DNA from: Strigamia acuminata
Lineage: Eukaryota
Direction: 5' to 3'
Assembly (NCBI GenBank): GCA_949358305.1
Contig: OX442314.1
Coordinates: forward strand, 33,108,001-33,172,000
Length of the DNA: 64,000 bases
The notes under the pieces are model-generated. The model was not told the origin of the DNA, searched no databases, and saw only the letters and a list, made by a program, of their open reading frames with translations. Numbering within the stretch: position 1 is the first letter of the stretch; every line of letters starts with the position of its first letter. Below, one piece after another: positions 36,377 to 47,199 of this stretch. The translations under genes were made by a program, and so were the position numbers.

Positions 36377-36948
36377 TGTTATGTGGATTCTGGGGTTCTG
36401 ACTGAATTCCACACAACATGGGGTTTTAAATGTGAGTGATAGAAAATGAAGAGATTGTTTTGCAGTTTCAAATTCAAGTTCTTTATTTAGACCGGACAAA
36501 CAAAGTTTGTTCGATCCCTGTTAAATTGCATGGTACAATTACTCAAATACACCTTTAATCATTGTTATGAATGAATGAATTATCATTTGACACTTTAAAC
36601 AATTACAAGTTTTTATTAACAGTTCAAATAAACATCTGTGTCAAACTGTGTAGCTGGGCAAAGGTCCTCAGCCAAGCCCTGTATTGGGTCAGCATCGGAC
36701 AGGATTGGAGGGTGTTTCTTACCTGAGAAGTAACTTGAGAATAAGAGCCTTGTCTTAGAATGGGTGGCGTATTTATAGGAAATTTCCTATCGCCCCCGTG
36801 GTCGAATTGATCGGTCTTATCACATGGCGGTGACGATTTCCAATCGTCAGCGCCACCTGTGACCGAAATTTAGCAACTATTAATGAATTATGTTCCGAAT
36901 TACGCGCTACGGATCGCCGACCAATCAGGACGGTCCGTACGCGTGACA
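36377..36948 (-). repeat. 3' LTR of the Gypsy element (572 bp); PPT AAAAAAGGGAGT at 36960-36949
   Basis: TG...CA termini; differs from 43977-44550 by about 6 substitutions and one 2-bp indel, counted by eye. Confidence 0.95.
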
Positions 36949-37762
36949 ACTCCCTTTTTTGCTGTGTTTTGGACCCCAAAATACAAATTTCGGTTCCAGA
37001 CAGGTCTCTTTCACAACAATCGGACATTCTTAAGGAATGTTCGGTTACTTTTATTCTCACAGTTCGGCACACAGTGTTTCACAATATTTTTCAACTTTCT
37101 TTCTTTTTATATCGGAGTTAACTTTACTCCCTTTTATTCTGAAGTCGGTAAACTTGCAATGGCCTTTTTGCTAAACAGAATCAAATAACCAAATAAATTT
37201 CAAAAATTCAAATTTTTTCCATTTTCCTAAATTTTCTTTAAAATTAACAACATTTTCATTAACAAACATCAACTTTTTCAATTTACAGTAAATCAATTCC
37301 TATCTTAAATTCAATCCAAATTTTGTCAGAAAATTTTACATTTGTGAAAATTAAATACATTAAATTTCAAACGAACCTCGCAATAGATTCCTCTCGCGTT
37401 CTCAGTCACTCGTATTGTCGTTTATTTACAATTCTACGTTTTAAAATCATTAATTCATTATATTTTCCTAATAAATTCAAAATTCACCTATATATAATAT
37501 AAAAATAAATCTTCCTAAATATTTAAACCTAATTAAAAGAGATTCGACATGAGTGGGCGAAAATGGCGATTGGTCTCGTATAGCGAAGTCCGCTTCTAAA
37601 GACGTTTAATACACGAAATTTTCTCTTAAAAATCATTTAAAATCATTCAACACATTCTTACAAACCTTTTGAAACACAATATCATACACAAATATCAAGA
37701 AAACAAATGGGAATTTGGTTTCGGGTCACGCAATAAGTTCGCGTTCACCTCAATCAAAAATC

Positions 37763-40700
37763 TTAGTAGTAATGGCGATAGTCTTTTCTTTTCTGCGGTC
37801 TGAGTCTGCGCGACCGAAACTCGTCATTCTGTGCTTCTACGCCATCTAGTGGCAGGTTTTTAAGTTGATTTTCTCCAGTTCCTATCATAGGCTGTGGTTC
37901 GAACAGTGATTTTAATGAGATTTGTTCTGTATCATCTATATAACGTTCTTTTGGTTTGGTTTTCACTATTTTTACTGGTTTTTCTACATTTTCAACTACA
38001 ATTTCACCTTTTTTACTGATTTTTTTCACTTTATCAGCAAATTTTACTTTCTTTTCTGGTAGATTTTCCAAAACTTTATCTATTTCTTCTTCTTCTCGTG
38101 CTTTATATGGTTTTAATCTCTCGACATTCACAATATCACTTTTCTTTCTTGTTGAGTTGATAATTTCGTAGTCATTTGGTGCAGTTCTTCGCACAATTTC
38201 ATAAGGGCCGGAAAATTGCGGTAAAAGTTTCTCTGATAAGCCAACTTTTCTGTTGATGGTTTTCAAATAAACCAGTTCACCTGGTTCAAACTCTTTGTTG
38301 ACTCTATCTTCATCAAATCTTTTCTTACTTTTCGCAGATTGTTTTTCTAAGCGTTCATTTGCAATTCTCCTGGCTTCTCGAATGAATTTTGCTGTTCTTA
38401 ACGTGAATTCTTTCTGTGGTAAGTCCAAATTTACATCTACTGTCAAATCCACATCATATCCACGAAGTAAATAATGTGGTGTATATCCTGTTGTTTCATG
38501 GACGGCCGTATTGTACGAAAACAGGAGGAATGGTAGAAACTCGTCCCAATCAGTATGTTCATCATTAACGTAACTTTGCAACATTTTTGCGAATGTCGCG
38601 TTAAATCTCTCAGTTAATCCGTTTGTTCTTGGATGATATCCCGACGTAGTTTTATGCAAACTTTTGAACATAATTGAGATTTCCTCAACCATTTTATTCC
38701 TGTATTCCGTTCCTCGGTCGCTTAAAATCTCTCTTGGACTGCCTTCTTTCAGAATAACTTCATAAAGCAATGTTTTCGCTGCTTCTAAAGCTGTAGCTGC
38801 TGCTGCTGGTCTTGCTATTGCATTTCTAGAAAGATAATCAGTTACAACAAAAACATGTTTATTTCCAAGTCGTGACAATGGAAATGGTCCAAGTGTGTCT
38901 ATTCCAATTCGCTCAAAGGGTTTTGAGACTGTTGACCAGGGCTGCATTAGTCCTTTAGCTGGTGTAGTCATTGTTTTTGCTTTCGCGCAATATTGGCAGG
39001 ACAAGACGTAATTTCTAACGTCCTTATAAATTCTTGTCCAGAAGAATCGTGTTCTTATTCGTTTCCACGTTTTTGCCAATCCTAAATGAGCTCCTAGTAA
39101 TCCGTCATGCATTTCATGCAATACATCCTTTTGGAGTTGTTTCGGAACTACTAGCAATAAATCTTCCATGTTCAGGGAACTATTTAGTTTTTTCTTCCTG
39201 AACAACGTTTTGTTTTGAAGAACGAACTGCTTTAGAGGTCGTCTTCTTTTTCTTGAAAGTTGCTCTTGGTTTTCTAGCGCTGTTATGAGATCCAAAAGTT
39301 TGGGATCCTTCCTCTGCTCGGCAGGGAGGTCCAAATTTTCTAAGAATAGTGAAGGCAATTTTTCGATTTCTTCTTCACTCAATTCTTCCTGGATCCTACT
39401 TAAAGCATCGGCATCTGAATGTTTCTTGCCGCTTTTATGAAATATTTCAAAATCATACTCAGCTAGTTGCAGCGCCCACCTGGCTAGACGTCCATTTGGA
39501 TTTCGGACTCCTTTCAGCCATTGGAGGGCCGAATGGTCGGTGATAATTTGGAATTTCTGTCCATATAAGTACGGTCTAAATTTTTCAATAGCAAAAATGA
39601 TTGCTAACATTTCCCTTTCAGTAGCGGTGTAATTCATTTCTGCTGTGCTCATTAAACGACTTCCATAAGCAATTACACGTTCTTGATTATTGACTTTTTG
39701 CTTAAGAATTGCTCCTAAACCATATGCACTTGCATCGCATGAAATCATGAAGGGCTGAGCGAAGTTTGGATGCGCTAACACCGGCACTGTTATTAATGCT
39801 GTTCGGAGAGTGTGGAATGCTTTCTCATGGGGCGGTCCCCAATCAAACTTTTCATCTTTTTTAGTTAAATTCACCAGAGGTTTGGAAATGTCCGCAAAAC
39901 CTTTAATAAACTTCCGGTAATACGAGCATAATCCAAGGAAACCACGTAGTTGTTTAATGTTCACAGGAATTGGAAACTTAGCTACTGAATCCAGATTCCT
40001 GGGATCCGGTGAAATACCTTCAGCATCAACCACATGTCCGAGATATCGAATGCTGTGTGTCGCAAACGTACATTTGCTCAGCTTAACTTTAAGATTCGCC
40101 GCTCTTAGTTTTTGAAAAACTGTCTCCAAGTCTGTGAGGTGCTGATCAAATGTCTTTGAAAACACTATCAAATCGTCAAGGTATGCAATACATACTTTTC
40201 CCAAGAGATTTCCAAGCACTTTGTTCATCAATTTTTGAAAGGCGGCTGGGCTGTTACAAAGGCCTTGTCCTAAGACATTGAACTCATAATGGCCTGAGTT
40301 TGTCGTAAATGCAGTCTTTTCCTTGTCCGCTTCATCGATTTCTACCTGGAAGTAGCCTTGGATTAAATCCATCATTGTGAAATATTTTGCACCCGCTAGC
40401 TGGTCTAGGGTGTCGTCGATGCGCGGTAAGGGATAGACCATCTTCTTTGTTACTGCATTTAAACGTCTCCAATCAACGCAAAATCTCCATTTGCCGTCCC
40501 TTTTCTTGATGAGAAGTACTGGAGCACTCCATGGACTCTCGGATTCTCTTATTACTCCCATCTCGAGTAGTTTCTTTGTTTCAGCATCCTCAATTTCTTT
40601 TTCCTTAACAGATCGTCTATAAGGTTGTAAATGAATTGGAGGAGAGTCTCCTGTATCGATTCGATGTTTAATCGCTTGGGCTCTACCTAAATCGCTGTCA

Positions 40701-41569
40701 GATGTTGCAAATCTATCCGAATTTTTCTCTAGCAGTTGTCGCATCAGTTCTTGTTGTGGCGTTGTCATATTCTCATTTGCCATGGCCGTGCTAAAGTCAA
40801 AATGATGAGCTCTTTTTTCATCTAACACGCCAGACTCAATTACATAAAATGCTTTTGCAATTGCTGAGTTTCGTCCTAAATAGATTGTCTTTTTTGTTGG
40901 ATTCGCAACACGCAGAACTCCTTCACCTTTTCTGAATTTTGTCAATGTTTTACAGCAAATCACTCCAAATCGATCTATTACTCCGCTGAGTGGTTCTAGA
41001 AATAGTTCATCATCTACTTTCTTTGCTATTTTTATTGGTACGATGCACTCATGTAACGCTGGAATTGTTATTGGTTTTAAAACTCGGGCTATGTAGTTTT
41101 GTTCAGTATAATTCTTGGACATTAGGAAAACTTCTTGTTGTTCATCTTTTGGGCCTACAAAGATCTTCTGTTGGTCATAGTCGAGCTGGCACCTTGCAGA
41201 TCTTAAAAAATTATCTCCTAGTAGTAAATGGCGTCCAAATCCATTGACAATCAACACTTCGATGGTGTGTTGTTGTTGTCCGACATCAATGGTGATCTTG
41301 GTTTTTCCTTCCGGAGTTATCAATGAACCATCTACAACTCTTAATCGAACACCTGGACAGGGTTGATATTTGAGCTGCAGAGTTCTTACTAAATCTTCAC
41401 TAATGATATTGCGAAAACCTCCAGAATCCAAAACACCAGTAATTTCCATTCCATTTAACACTACTGGAATCTGCAAAAGTTCATCCATGGCATTCAACTC
41501 GATGATTTCTAATTTCCTCTTTTTGAATTTCTTCTTGTTTTTCCGTCTTTGTGGCCACTCTAGTTTCCC
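37763..41569 (-). CDS. pol: Gypsy pol (protease, RT, RNase H, integrase) in the -1 frame relative to gag
   Basis: VLDSGG, WRFCVDWRRLN, AYLDD, ISCDASAYGLG, HHCC, GIDTLGP..SDRG..NGLTER and GPY. The frame is open back to the slippery site. Confidence 0.95.
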   Translation of the reverse strand, partial: GKLEWPQRRKNKKKFKKRKLEIIELNAMDELLQIPVVLNGMEITGVLDSGGFRNIISEDLVRTLQLKYQPCPGVRLRVVDGSLITPEGKTKITIDVGQQQHTIEVLIVNGFGRHLLLGDNFLRSARCQLDYDQQKIFVGPKDEQQEVFLMSKNYTEQNYIARVLKPITIPALHECIVPIKIAKKVDDELFLEPLSGVIDRFGVICCKTLTKFRKGEGVLRVANPTKKTIYLGRNSAIAKAFYVIESGVLDEKRAHHFDFSTAMANENMTTPQQELMRQLLEKNSDRFATSDSDLGRAQAIKHRIDTGDSPPIHLQPYRRSVKEKEIEDAETKKLLEMGVIRESESPWSAPVLLIKKRDGKWRFCVDWRRLNAVTKKMVYPLPRIDDTLDQLAGAKYFTMMDLIQGYFQVEIDEADKEKTAFTTNSGHYEFNVLGQGLCNSPAAFQKLMNKVLGNLLGKVCIAYLDDLIVFSKTFDQHLTDLETVFQKLRAANLKVKLSKCTFATHSIRYLGHVVDAEGISPDPRNLDSVAKFPIPVNIKQLRGFLGLCSYYRKFIKGFADISKPLVNLTKKDEKFDWGPPHEKAFHTLRTALITVPVLAHPNFAQPFMISCDASAYGLGAILKQKVNNQERVIAYGSRLMSTAEMNYTATEREMLAIIFAIEKFRPYLYGQKFQIITDHSALQWLKGVRNPNGRLARWALQLAEYDFEIFHKSGKKHSDADALSRIQEELSEEEIEKLPSLFLENLDLPAEQRKDPKLLDLITALENQEQLSRKRRRPLKQFVLQNKTLFRKKKLNSSLNMEDLLLVVPKQLQKDVLHEMHDGLLGAHLGLAKTWKRIRTRFFWTRIYKDVRNYVLSCQYCAKAKTMTTPAKGLMQPWSTVSKPFERIGIDTLGPFPLSRLGNKHVFVVTDYLSRNAIARPAAAATALEAAKTLLYEVILKEGSPREILSDRGTEYRNKMVEEISIMFKSLHKTTSGYHPRTNGLTERFNATFAKMLQSYVNDEHTDWDEFLPFLLFSYNTAVHETTGYTPHYLLRGYDVDLTVDVNLDLPQKEFTLRTAKFIREARRIANERLEKQSAKSKKRFDEDRVNKEFEPGELVYLKTINRKVGLSEKLLPQFSGPYEIVRRTAPNDYEIINSTRKKSDIVNVERLKPYKAREEEEIDKVLENLPEKKVKFADKVKKISKKGEIVVENVEKPVKIVKTKPKERYIDDTEQISLKSLFEPQPMIGTGENQLKNLPLDGVEAQNDEFRSRRLRPQKRKDYRHYY

Positions 41570-43026
41570 CGTGGAGGATCAGGTTGTCCACGTGGGGCTC
41601 CTCGCTGACCTCGGCCTTGGTAATTTGGATCGTATCTTTTACCTTTGTAATTTGGATTTAATGGATGGCCTTGGTTGTTCGGATTCCCCTGTTGTCTTTG
41701 ACCTTGTGGTGGATTCCATTGCTGTTGTGGTTGTTGGAATCCTTGATCTTGATTATTCCACTGGTTATTCCAATTGCCTCTGTTTTGACCTCCAAAATTA
41801 TTATTCCATCCTCTACCTTGACCTCTCCAATTGCTGTTATTGTTCCACCATCCTCGTTGTTGACCAGGTTGTCCTCTGAAGTTTCCTCTATTGTAGAACT
41901 GGCTCTGGTTTGGATGTGGTGTGTACCATTGGTTTTGGTAAAAGACAGGAGTGACCTCTGCATATTGAACACCCCCAAACTGCTGCTGTTCTCTTAGCAC
42001 TTTGACCTCTGCTAATAATTCGTCTTTTGATTTATTGACGTCGCTCGGGTCAACCAAGCAACTCGGTTTCACCTCGCCTGGTTTATCAACAGCTTTCTGC
42101 AGTAGGGTTAGTAAAACTTCTGCAGGGTCCTCTTTGAATGCATGAGCTTCGATCAAACCCAGTTGTGATGTTAGTTGATCCAATGTTTTTGGGAAATTGA
42201 CAACCAATTTGTCTCTGATCACCGGCTTAAGTCCTTGAAACACCTGATATATTTTTTGTTCTTCAGTAAATGCAGGTCTTGCAAACGAGCATTCCTTTAA
42301 TATCTTGTGCATGTGCTCAAGAGGCGTTCCATTTTTGTGCTGCATTGTTTGTAATCTTGACAAGATTGTTGTAATTTGTCGTCTAAATTTCGTCTTCAAC
42401 GCGTCTTTCCAATCCTTCCAAGTTCTATTCGGATGCAATGGAAGTTGATCAAGATACCACGATGAAGCTGCAGACTTCAGCACAATGGATAAATGCTTTA
42501 TACGCTCGGTGTCATCAGGTATTGTATCCTCATATCCAATTAACCACGTGTCAATATTTCCTGTTGCTGGATCAAAGTCAACTGGATTTCTCCTTTGCAT
42601 TACCAAATTCTGTAGCACTGCTTGAATTGCAACAAATTCTGGTGATAGTGAAGCATTAGCCATTTTTATCGGTGATTGTTCAGTTTTAATTGTCACTTGT
42701 GGTTGAATTAACTCTTTTTGCTCCTCAATATCTCTGGCTGCGTCCTCAAATGCGTCGTCCAAATTTACTTGCACTCTTTCCAAAAGGTCACCTAATTCTG
42801 TAGCCTCATCAGGCAACAACCAATTATACAGGCTTGAGTCTATTAGTCTTTGATTCCGCTGGTCGGGGGTTTCGAAACCTTCCCTTTTTTGAATTTTTTC
42901 TTCTCCTTTGGGTTTTGGTTTCCTCTTCCGATCAGTCACTTTATCACCCAACGGCTCATCTAATGTAACACTTGGTGAATCAAGTTCTCCTAGTTCCTTC
43001 TTGGAAAACAGATAATCCGATACCAA
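41560..43026 (-). CDS. gag: Gypsy gag (488 aa; start uncertain) with a Gln/Asn/Gly-rich C-terminus and no CCHC finger
   Basis: LKSAASSWY...WKDWKDALKTKF retrotransposon gag core, lying directly upstream of pol. Confidence 0.88.
   Translation of the reverse strand: MVSDYLFSKKELGELDSPSVTLDEPLGDKVTDRKRKPKPKGEEKIQKREGFETPDQRNQRLIDSSLYNWLLPDEATELGDLLERVQVNLDDAFEDAARDIEEQKELIQPQVTIKTEQSPIKMANASLSPEFVAIQAVLQNLVMQRRNPVDFDPATGNIDTWLIGYEDTIPDDTERIKHLSIVLKSAASSWYLDQLPLHPNRTWKDWKDALKTKFRRQITTILSRLQTMQHKNGTPLEHMHKILKECSFARPAFTEEQKIYQVFQGLKPVIRDKLVVNFPKTLDQLTSQLGLIEAHAFKEDPAEVLLTLLQKAVDKPGEVKPSCLVDPSDVNKSKDELLAEVKVLREQQQFGGVQYAEVTPVFYQNQWYTPHPNQSQFYNRGNFRGQPGQQRGWWNNNSNWRGQGRGWNNNFGGQNRGNWNNQWNNQDQGFQQPQQQWNPPQGQRQQGNPNNQGHPLNPNYKGKRYDPNYQGRGQRGAPRGQPDPPRGN
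41563..41569 (-). other. -1 programmed ribosomal frameshift slippery heptamer G GGA AAC
   Basis: Occupies the last two gag codons before TAG. The -1 frame continues uninterrupted (KLEWPQRRKNKKKF...ELNAMD) into pol. Confidence 0.8.
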
Positions 43027-43960
43027 CTGTGGAAGTTTGTATCGTTTGGATTCCGCAATGATTAAATGTCCTAAATTGAAGACACAATCCTTTATTTTGA
43101 AGCACTTAAGTTCACTTATTCACTTGCAAATAACACTAACACTTTAATTCACAACACTTTTCACTTTCTGAAAACAAGTTGATGATTAAACACTTCAATT
43201 CTTCACAATCATATTTCAAAATTATCAAAAACAATTAAATTTTCATAGTCATTAATTTTTACAAAAGGAAATATCAAAATAATTCAATTTTCACGGTCAT
43301 TTTACAAGAATTTCATCAAAACAGTTTTATTTTCATAATCATAATTCAAAATCTTCAAATTTTATTAATAGATATTTAATCAAATGAAAAAGAAACGCTT
43401 CATTAATAATCAATTTACAAAAATTATCTGAAATTCAAAAGAAACCATTAGCAAATTTGAATAATATTTCTTTATGAATATGCAATCTTATCAAAACACT
43501 ATAAATAAATTCTTTATTTAACAATAAACAACACCAAATAAATTCAATTCAATTCATTAACACAGTTTACATTAATCACACTTAATGCAAATTCATTCAT
43601 CTTAAATATTCAAAGGCTTTTCTTATTTTATTTTAAACTTTGCCAATTATTAACTCAATTAACACTATTATCTTTATTAGCAATGACTCACTCTCATTTT
43701 TTCTATCACTTTCAAAGGTGATTCATCCATATTTAAATTAGTTTATGTCTTTCTAAATTTTATGTGATTTTAAATTTGCCAATTTTTTAGTTTTTACTCT
43801 AATTTTTACTCATTTTACTCTAAATTTTACGATTTTTAAAGAATTTTAACTCTAAATTTTCTAAACTAGATCCAATTTTGCAATTTTCACTAATTTAGCA
43901 ATTTTTTACTCTAATTTCCGGGGTTTTTAGCTCTATTTTTAAGCGGTGTGGGGAAAAATC

Positions 43961-43973
43961 CGCATCTCCACCA
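43961..43973 (-). other. Primer-binding site TGGTGGAGATGCG, complementary to the tRNA-Ala 3' end
   Basis: Lies 3 nt inside the 5' LTR; animal tRNA-Ala ends ...GCATCTCCA-CCA. Confidence 0.8.
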
Positions 43974-43976
43974 CTT

Positions 43977-44550
43977 TGTTATGTGGATTCTGGGGTTCTG
44001 ACTGAATTCCACACAACATGGGGTTTTAAATGTGAGTGATAGAAAATGAAGAGATTGTTTTGCAGTTTCAAATTCAAGTTCTTTATTTAGACCGGACAAA
44101 CAAAGTTTGTTCGATCCCTGTTAAATTGCATGGTACAATTACTCAAATACACCTTTAATCATTGTTATGAATGAATGAATTATCATTTGACACTTTAAAC
44201 AATTACAAGTTTTTATTAACAGTTCAAATAAACATCTATGTGTCAAACTGGGTAGCTGGGCAAAGGTCCTCAGCCAAGCCCTGTATTGGGTCAGCATCGG
44301 ACGGGATTGGAGAGTGTTTCTTACCTGAGAAGTAACTTGAGAATAAGAGCCTTGTCTTAGAATGGGCGGCGTATTTATAGGAAATCTCCTATCGCCCCCG
44401 TGGTCGAATTGATCGGTCTTATCACATGGCGGTGACGATTTCCAATCGTCAGCGCCACCTGTGACCGAAATTTAGCAACTATTAATGAATTATGTTCCGA
44501 ATTACGCGCTACGGATCGCCGACCAATCAAGACGGTCCGTACGCGTGACA
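43977..44550 (-). repeat. 5' LTR of the Gypsy element (574 bp)
   Basis: Direct repeat of 36377-36948. Confidence 0.95.
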
Positions 44551-47199
44551 ATATGTTTTCTCCTTGAAGACGAACTTATTGTCGGTTGCACGGATTGTAC
44601 AGCAAGGATATGTGGTGTCATTTTTAGATGATAAATGCGTTGTATCAACGGGAACCGGCATTAGCATATTTGAAGCAGTCCAGACTTCTGGGCTGTTCCG
44701 GTTGAACAGAAGAGCTGACCAAACGGTCCCTGCCTCCCCCCGATTGATATTGGATTATCTAGGACCGGGGGTAAAGATACACCTGGAACTAAAGTGGTGA
44801 AATTACCAGTGACTTTGTGGCATTGCAGAATGGCACATTTGGGATTTAAATCCCTCCGTGAGATGGTGTATCGAAATTTGGTTGATGGTATGAACCTAAA
44901 TATGGAGAGGAATCCGAAGTTGTGCGATAAGTGTATTGTGGCGAAGAAGACGCGATCCACTTTCGTGTCTACGGGTTATATTACTGCGTCGGGGCCTATG
45001 GAGATGCTCCACGTTGATTTATGCGGGCCATTCAGGCATGAATCAACAAAAGGAAATAAATACATTTTTACCATCGTTGACGATTTTTCCCGAGTGATCT
45101 TCACTCGTTTTTTGAAGAATAAGTCACAGACGGTGGAGAATTTTGAGAAATTTTTATTACTTTACGAGAAAAGATTTGGGACGAAATTAAAGCGACTTAG
45201 ATCCGATAATGGTACTGAGTTCGTCAATACGGCTTTCAAGGAGTTGTTGACTGTTCGTGGTGTCCACCACCAGTTGACCATTCCGTACAGCCCACAGCAG
45301 AATGGCGTAGCAGAACGCTCAAACCGGAAGTTGCTGGACGCTGCTAGGACTTTACTATTAGACGCAAAGCTGCCGACTAGTTTTTGGCAGGATGCGGTCG
45401 AAACTGCAGCATATGCAGCGAACAGATCAAAAATGAGACGGTTTAAATCGGAAACACCGATTGAGAGACTGACGGGTCGCAAGCCGAATGTGGCGAATAT
45501 GCGAGTCTTCGGAAGCCTCGCTTATACATGGATATCAATCCAAGACCGTTCCAAATTTGAGCCCAGAGCTAAGAGAGTTATATTTACGGGATACCCGTTC
45601 AATGCCCCTGGTTGGAGTTTTTATGATCCGACAGCACGTAAATATTTCGTTTCGCGTGACGTTAAATTTGACGAAGAGGCCCTGGGTTCAACTCTAATTT
45701 CCGAACCAACACTCTTGGGTCAGGAGGATTATCGGGTTGAGCCACCTGCCATGCCTGACTTACCCGAGGAAGTTCCCGTAATCCATTCATCTCCTCCGGA
45801 TCCAATTGGTGAAGTCCCGATTTACCCTGCGGCGCGTTTGCCCCAATGCGGCCCAGTTCGGAGGAACCCACAGAGGAATAGACGCCCACCCGTACCCTAC
45901 GAGAGCATAGACTGGCGCAGACATCGTAGGACCCGTGACCGCCTACCGGGCACGGATGATGCGAATGTCGCGCGAGTGAAGAATAAGACCCAAGGTCCAG
46001 TTATAGTTCCTAAGAACTATAAGCAAGCATTGACTTCCCCTCAAGCAGCATCGTGGAAGTTGGCAATGGAAGCCGAACTTAGGTCACATAGTGAGCAAAA
46101 GACTTGGAAAGTCGTGGATAGACCCCCGGATGTGAAGGTAGTTGATCTCGTTGGGTCTACTCGTTAAAGACCAGCCAGGATGGACGTATAACGCAATACA
46201 AAGCAAGATTAGTCGCGCAAGGATTTAACGTCATCCAGGGGGTTGATTACGATGAGTCTTATTCCCCTGTAGTACGGTTGGCCACGGTGAGAATACTGAT
46301 GGCTTTGGCAGCGAAGCGCCGACTTCGAGTCAAGCACCACGATGTTGAGACGGCATATTTGCATGCCCGCCTTAAAGAGACAGTTTATATGAAGCTACCT
46401 GAAGGATTTGGCGATCGGACAACTCAAGTATGTTTACTTGAGAAGGCGGTATATGGTTTACCCCAAGCGGGACGTGCTTGGCACGAAAAGTTAGAGAAAG
46501 TATTGCTTGCCGTGGGATTTACGAAACACCCGACAGAACAGTGCGTTTACAAATACACGAGGGGACAATCCATAATTTTCTTGGCCATTTACGTGGACGA
46601 TTTAATTACTTTGGACAATGATGATCGCTTATTAGACCAGTTAATGAAGCAAATTAGAAAAGAGATAAAGGTTATTGACTTGGGAGAGATTAAGTCCCTA
46701 TTAGGGATTCGAATAAGTCAAAACGATGAGAAGAACGAGATTACCATGGACCAAACGAAATATATCGCGGAATTAATCACAAGGTTTGGTCTTTTACAGG
46801 CTAAGCCGGTCAAAGCACCGTTAGACGTGTCACAGAAGTTGGACGCCCCAGGTTACCCGTTGGGACCCTCAGCTGCAGACAAGCCATATAGGGAGCTCGT
46901 TGGTGCCCTACTTTATTTAGCACAGGGCACACGACCGGACATTGCGTTCGCAGTTTCCTTTCTTTCGCAGTGGCTAAACGACCCGAAGCAAGCTCACTGG
47001 TTGGCAGCAAAAAGGATCCTGAGGTACTTGATGGGGACGGCAAATTATCGGTTAAAGTATACGGGCAGTGTTGCAGATTTGACTGGATACACAGATGCAT
47101 CCTGGAACTCTTGTGATGTGGATGCAAAGTCTTTTGCAGGTTTCGTTACGATGTTGAACGGGACGGTTATCACCTGGCAGGCTAAGAAACTAAAGTTAG

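Larger units (their letters stand above)
36377..44550 (-). mobile_element. Full-length, apparently intact Ty3/Gypsy LTR retrotransposon (8174 bp)
   Basis: Paired LTRs, TSD ATAT (36373-36376 / 44551-44554), PBS, PPT and open gag and pol. Removing it restores the Copia frame DVKY|VFSLKTNLLSV. Confidence 0.97.

Noticed and set aside
36950..37760. env gene in the Gypsy 3' region
   Set aside because: No long minus-strand ORF; the region is AT-rich and non-coding.
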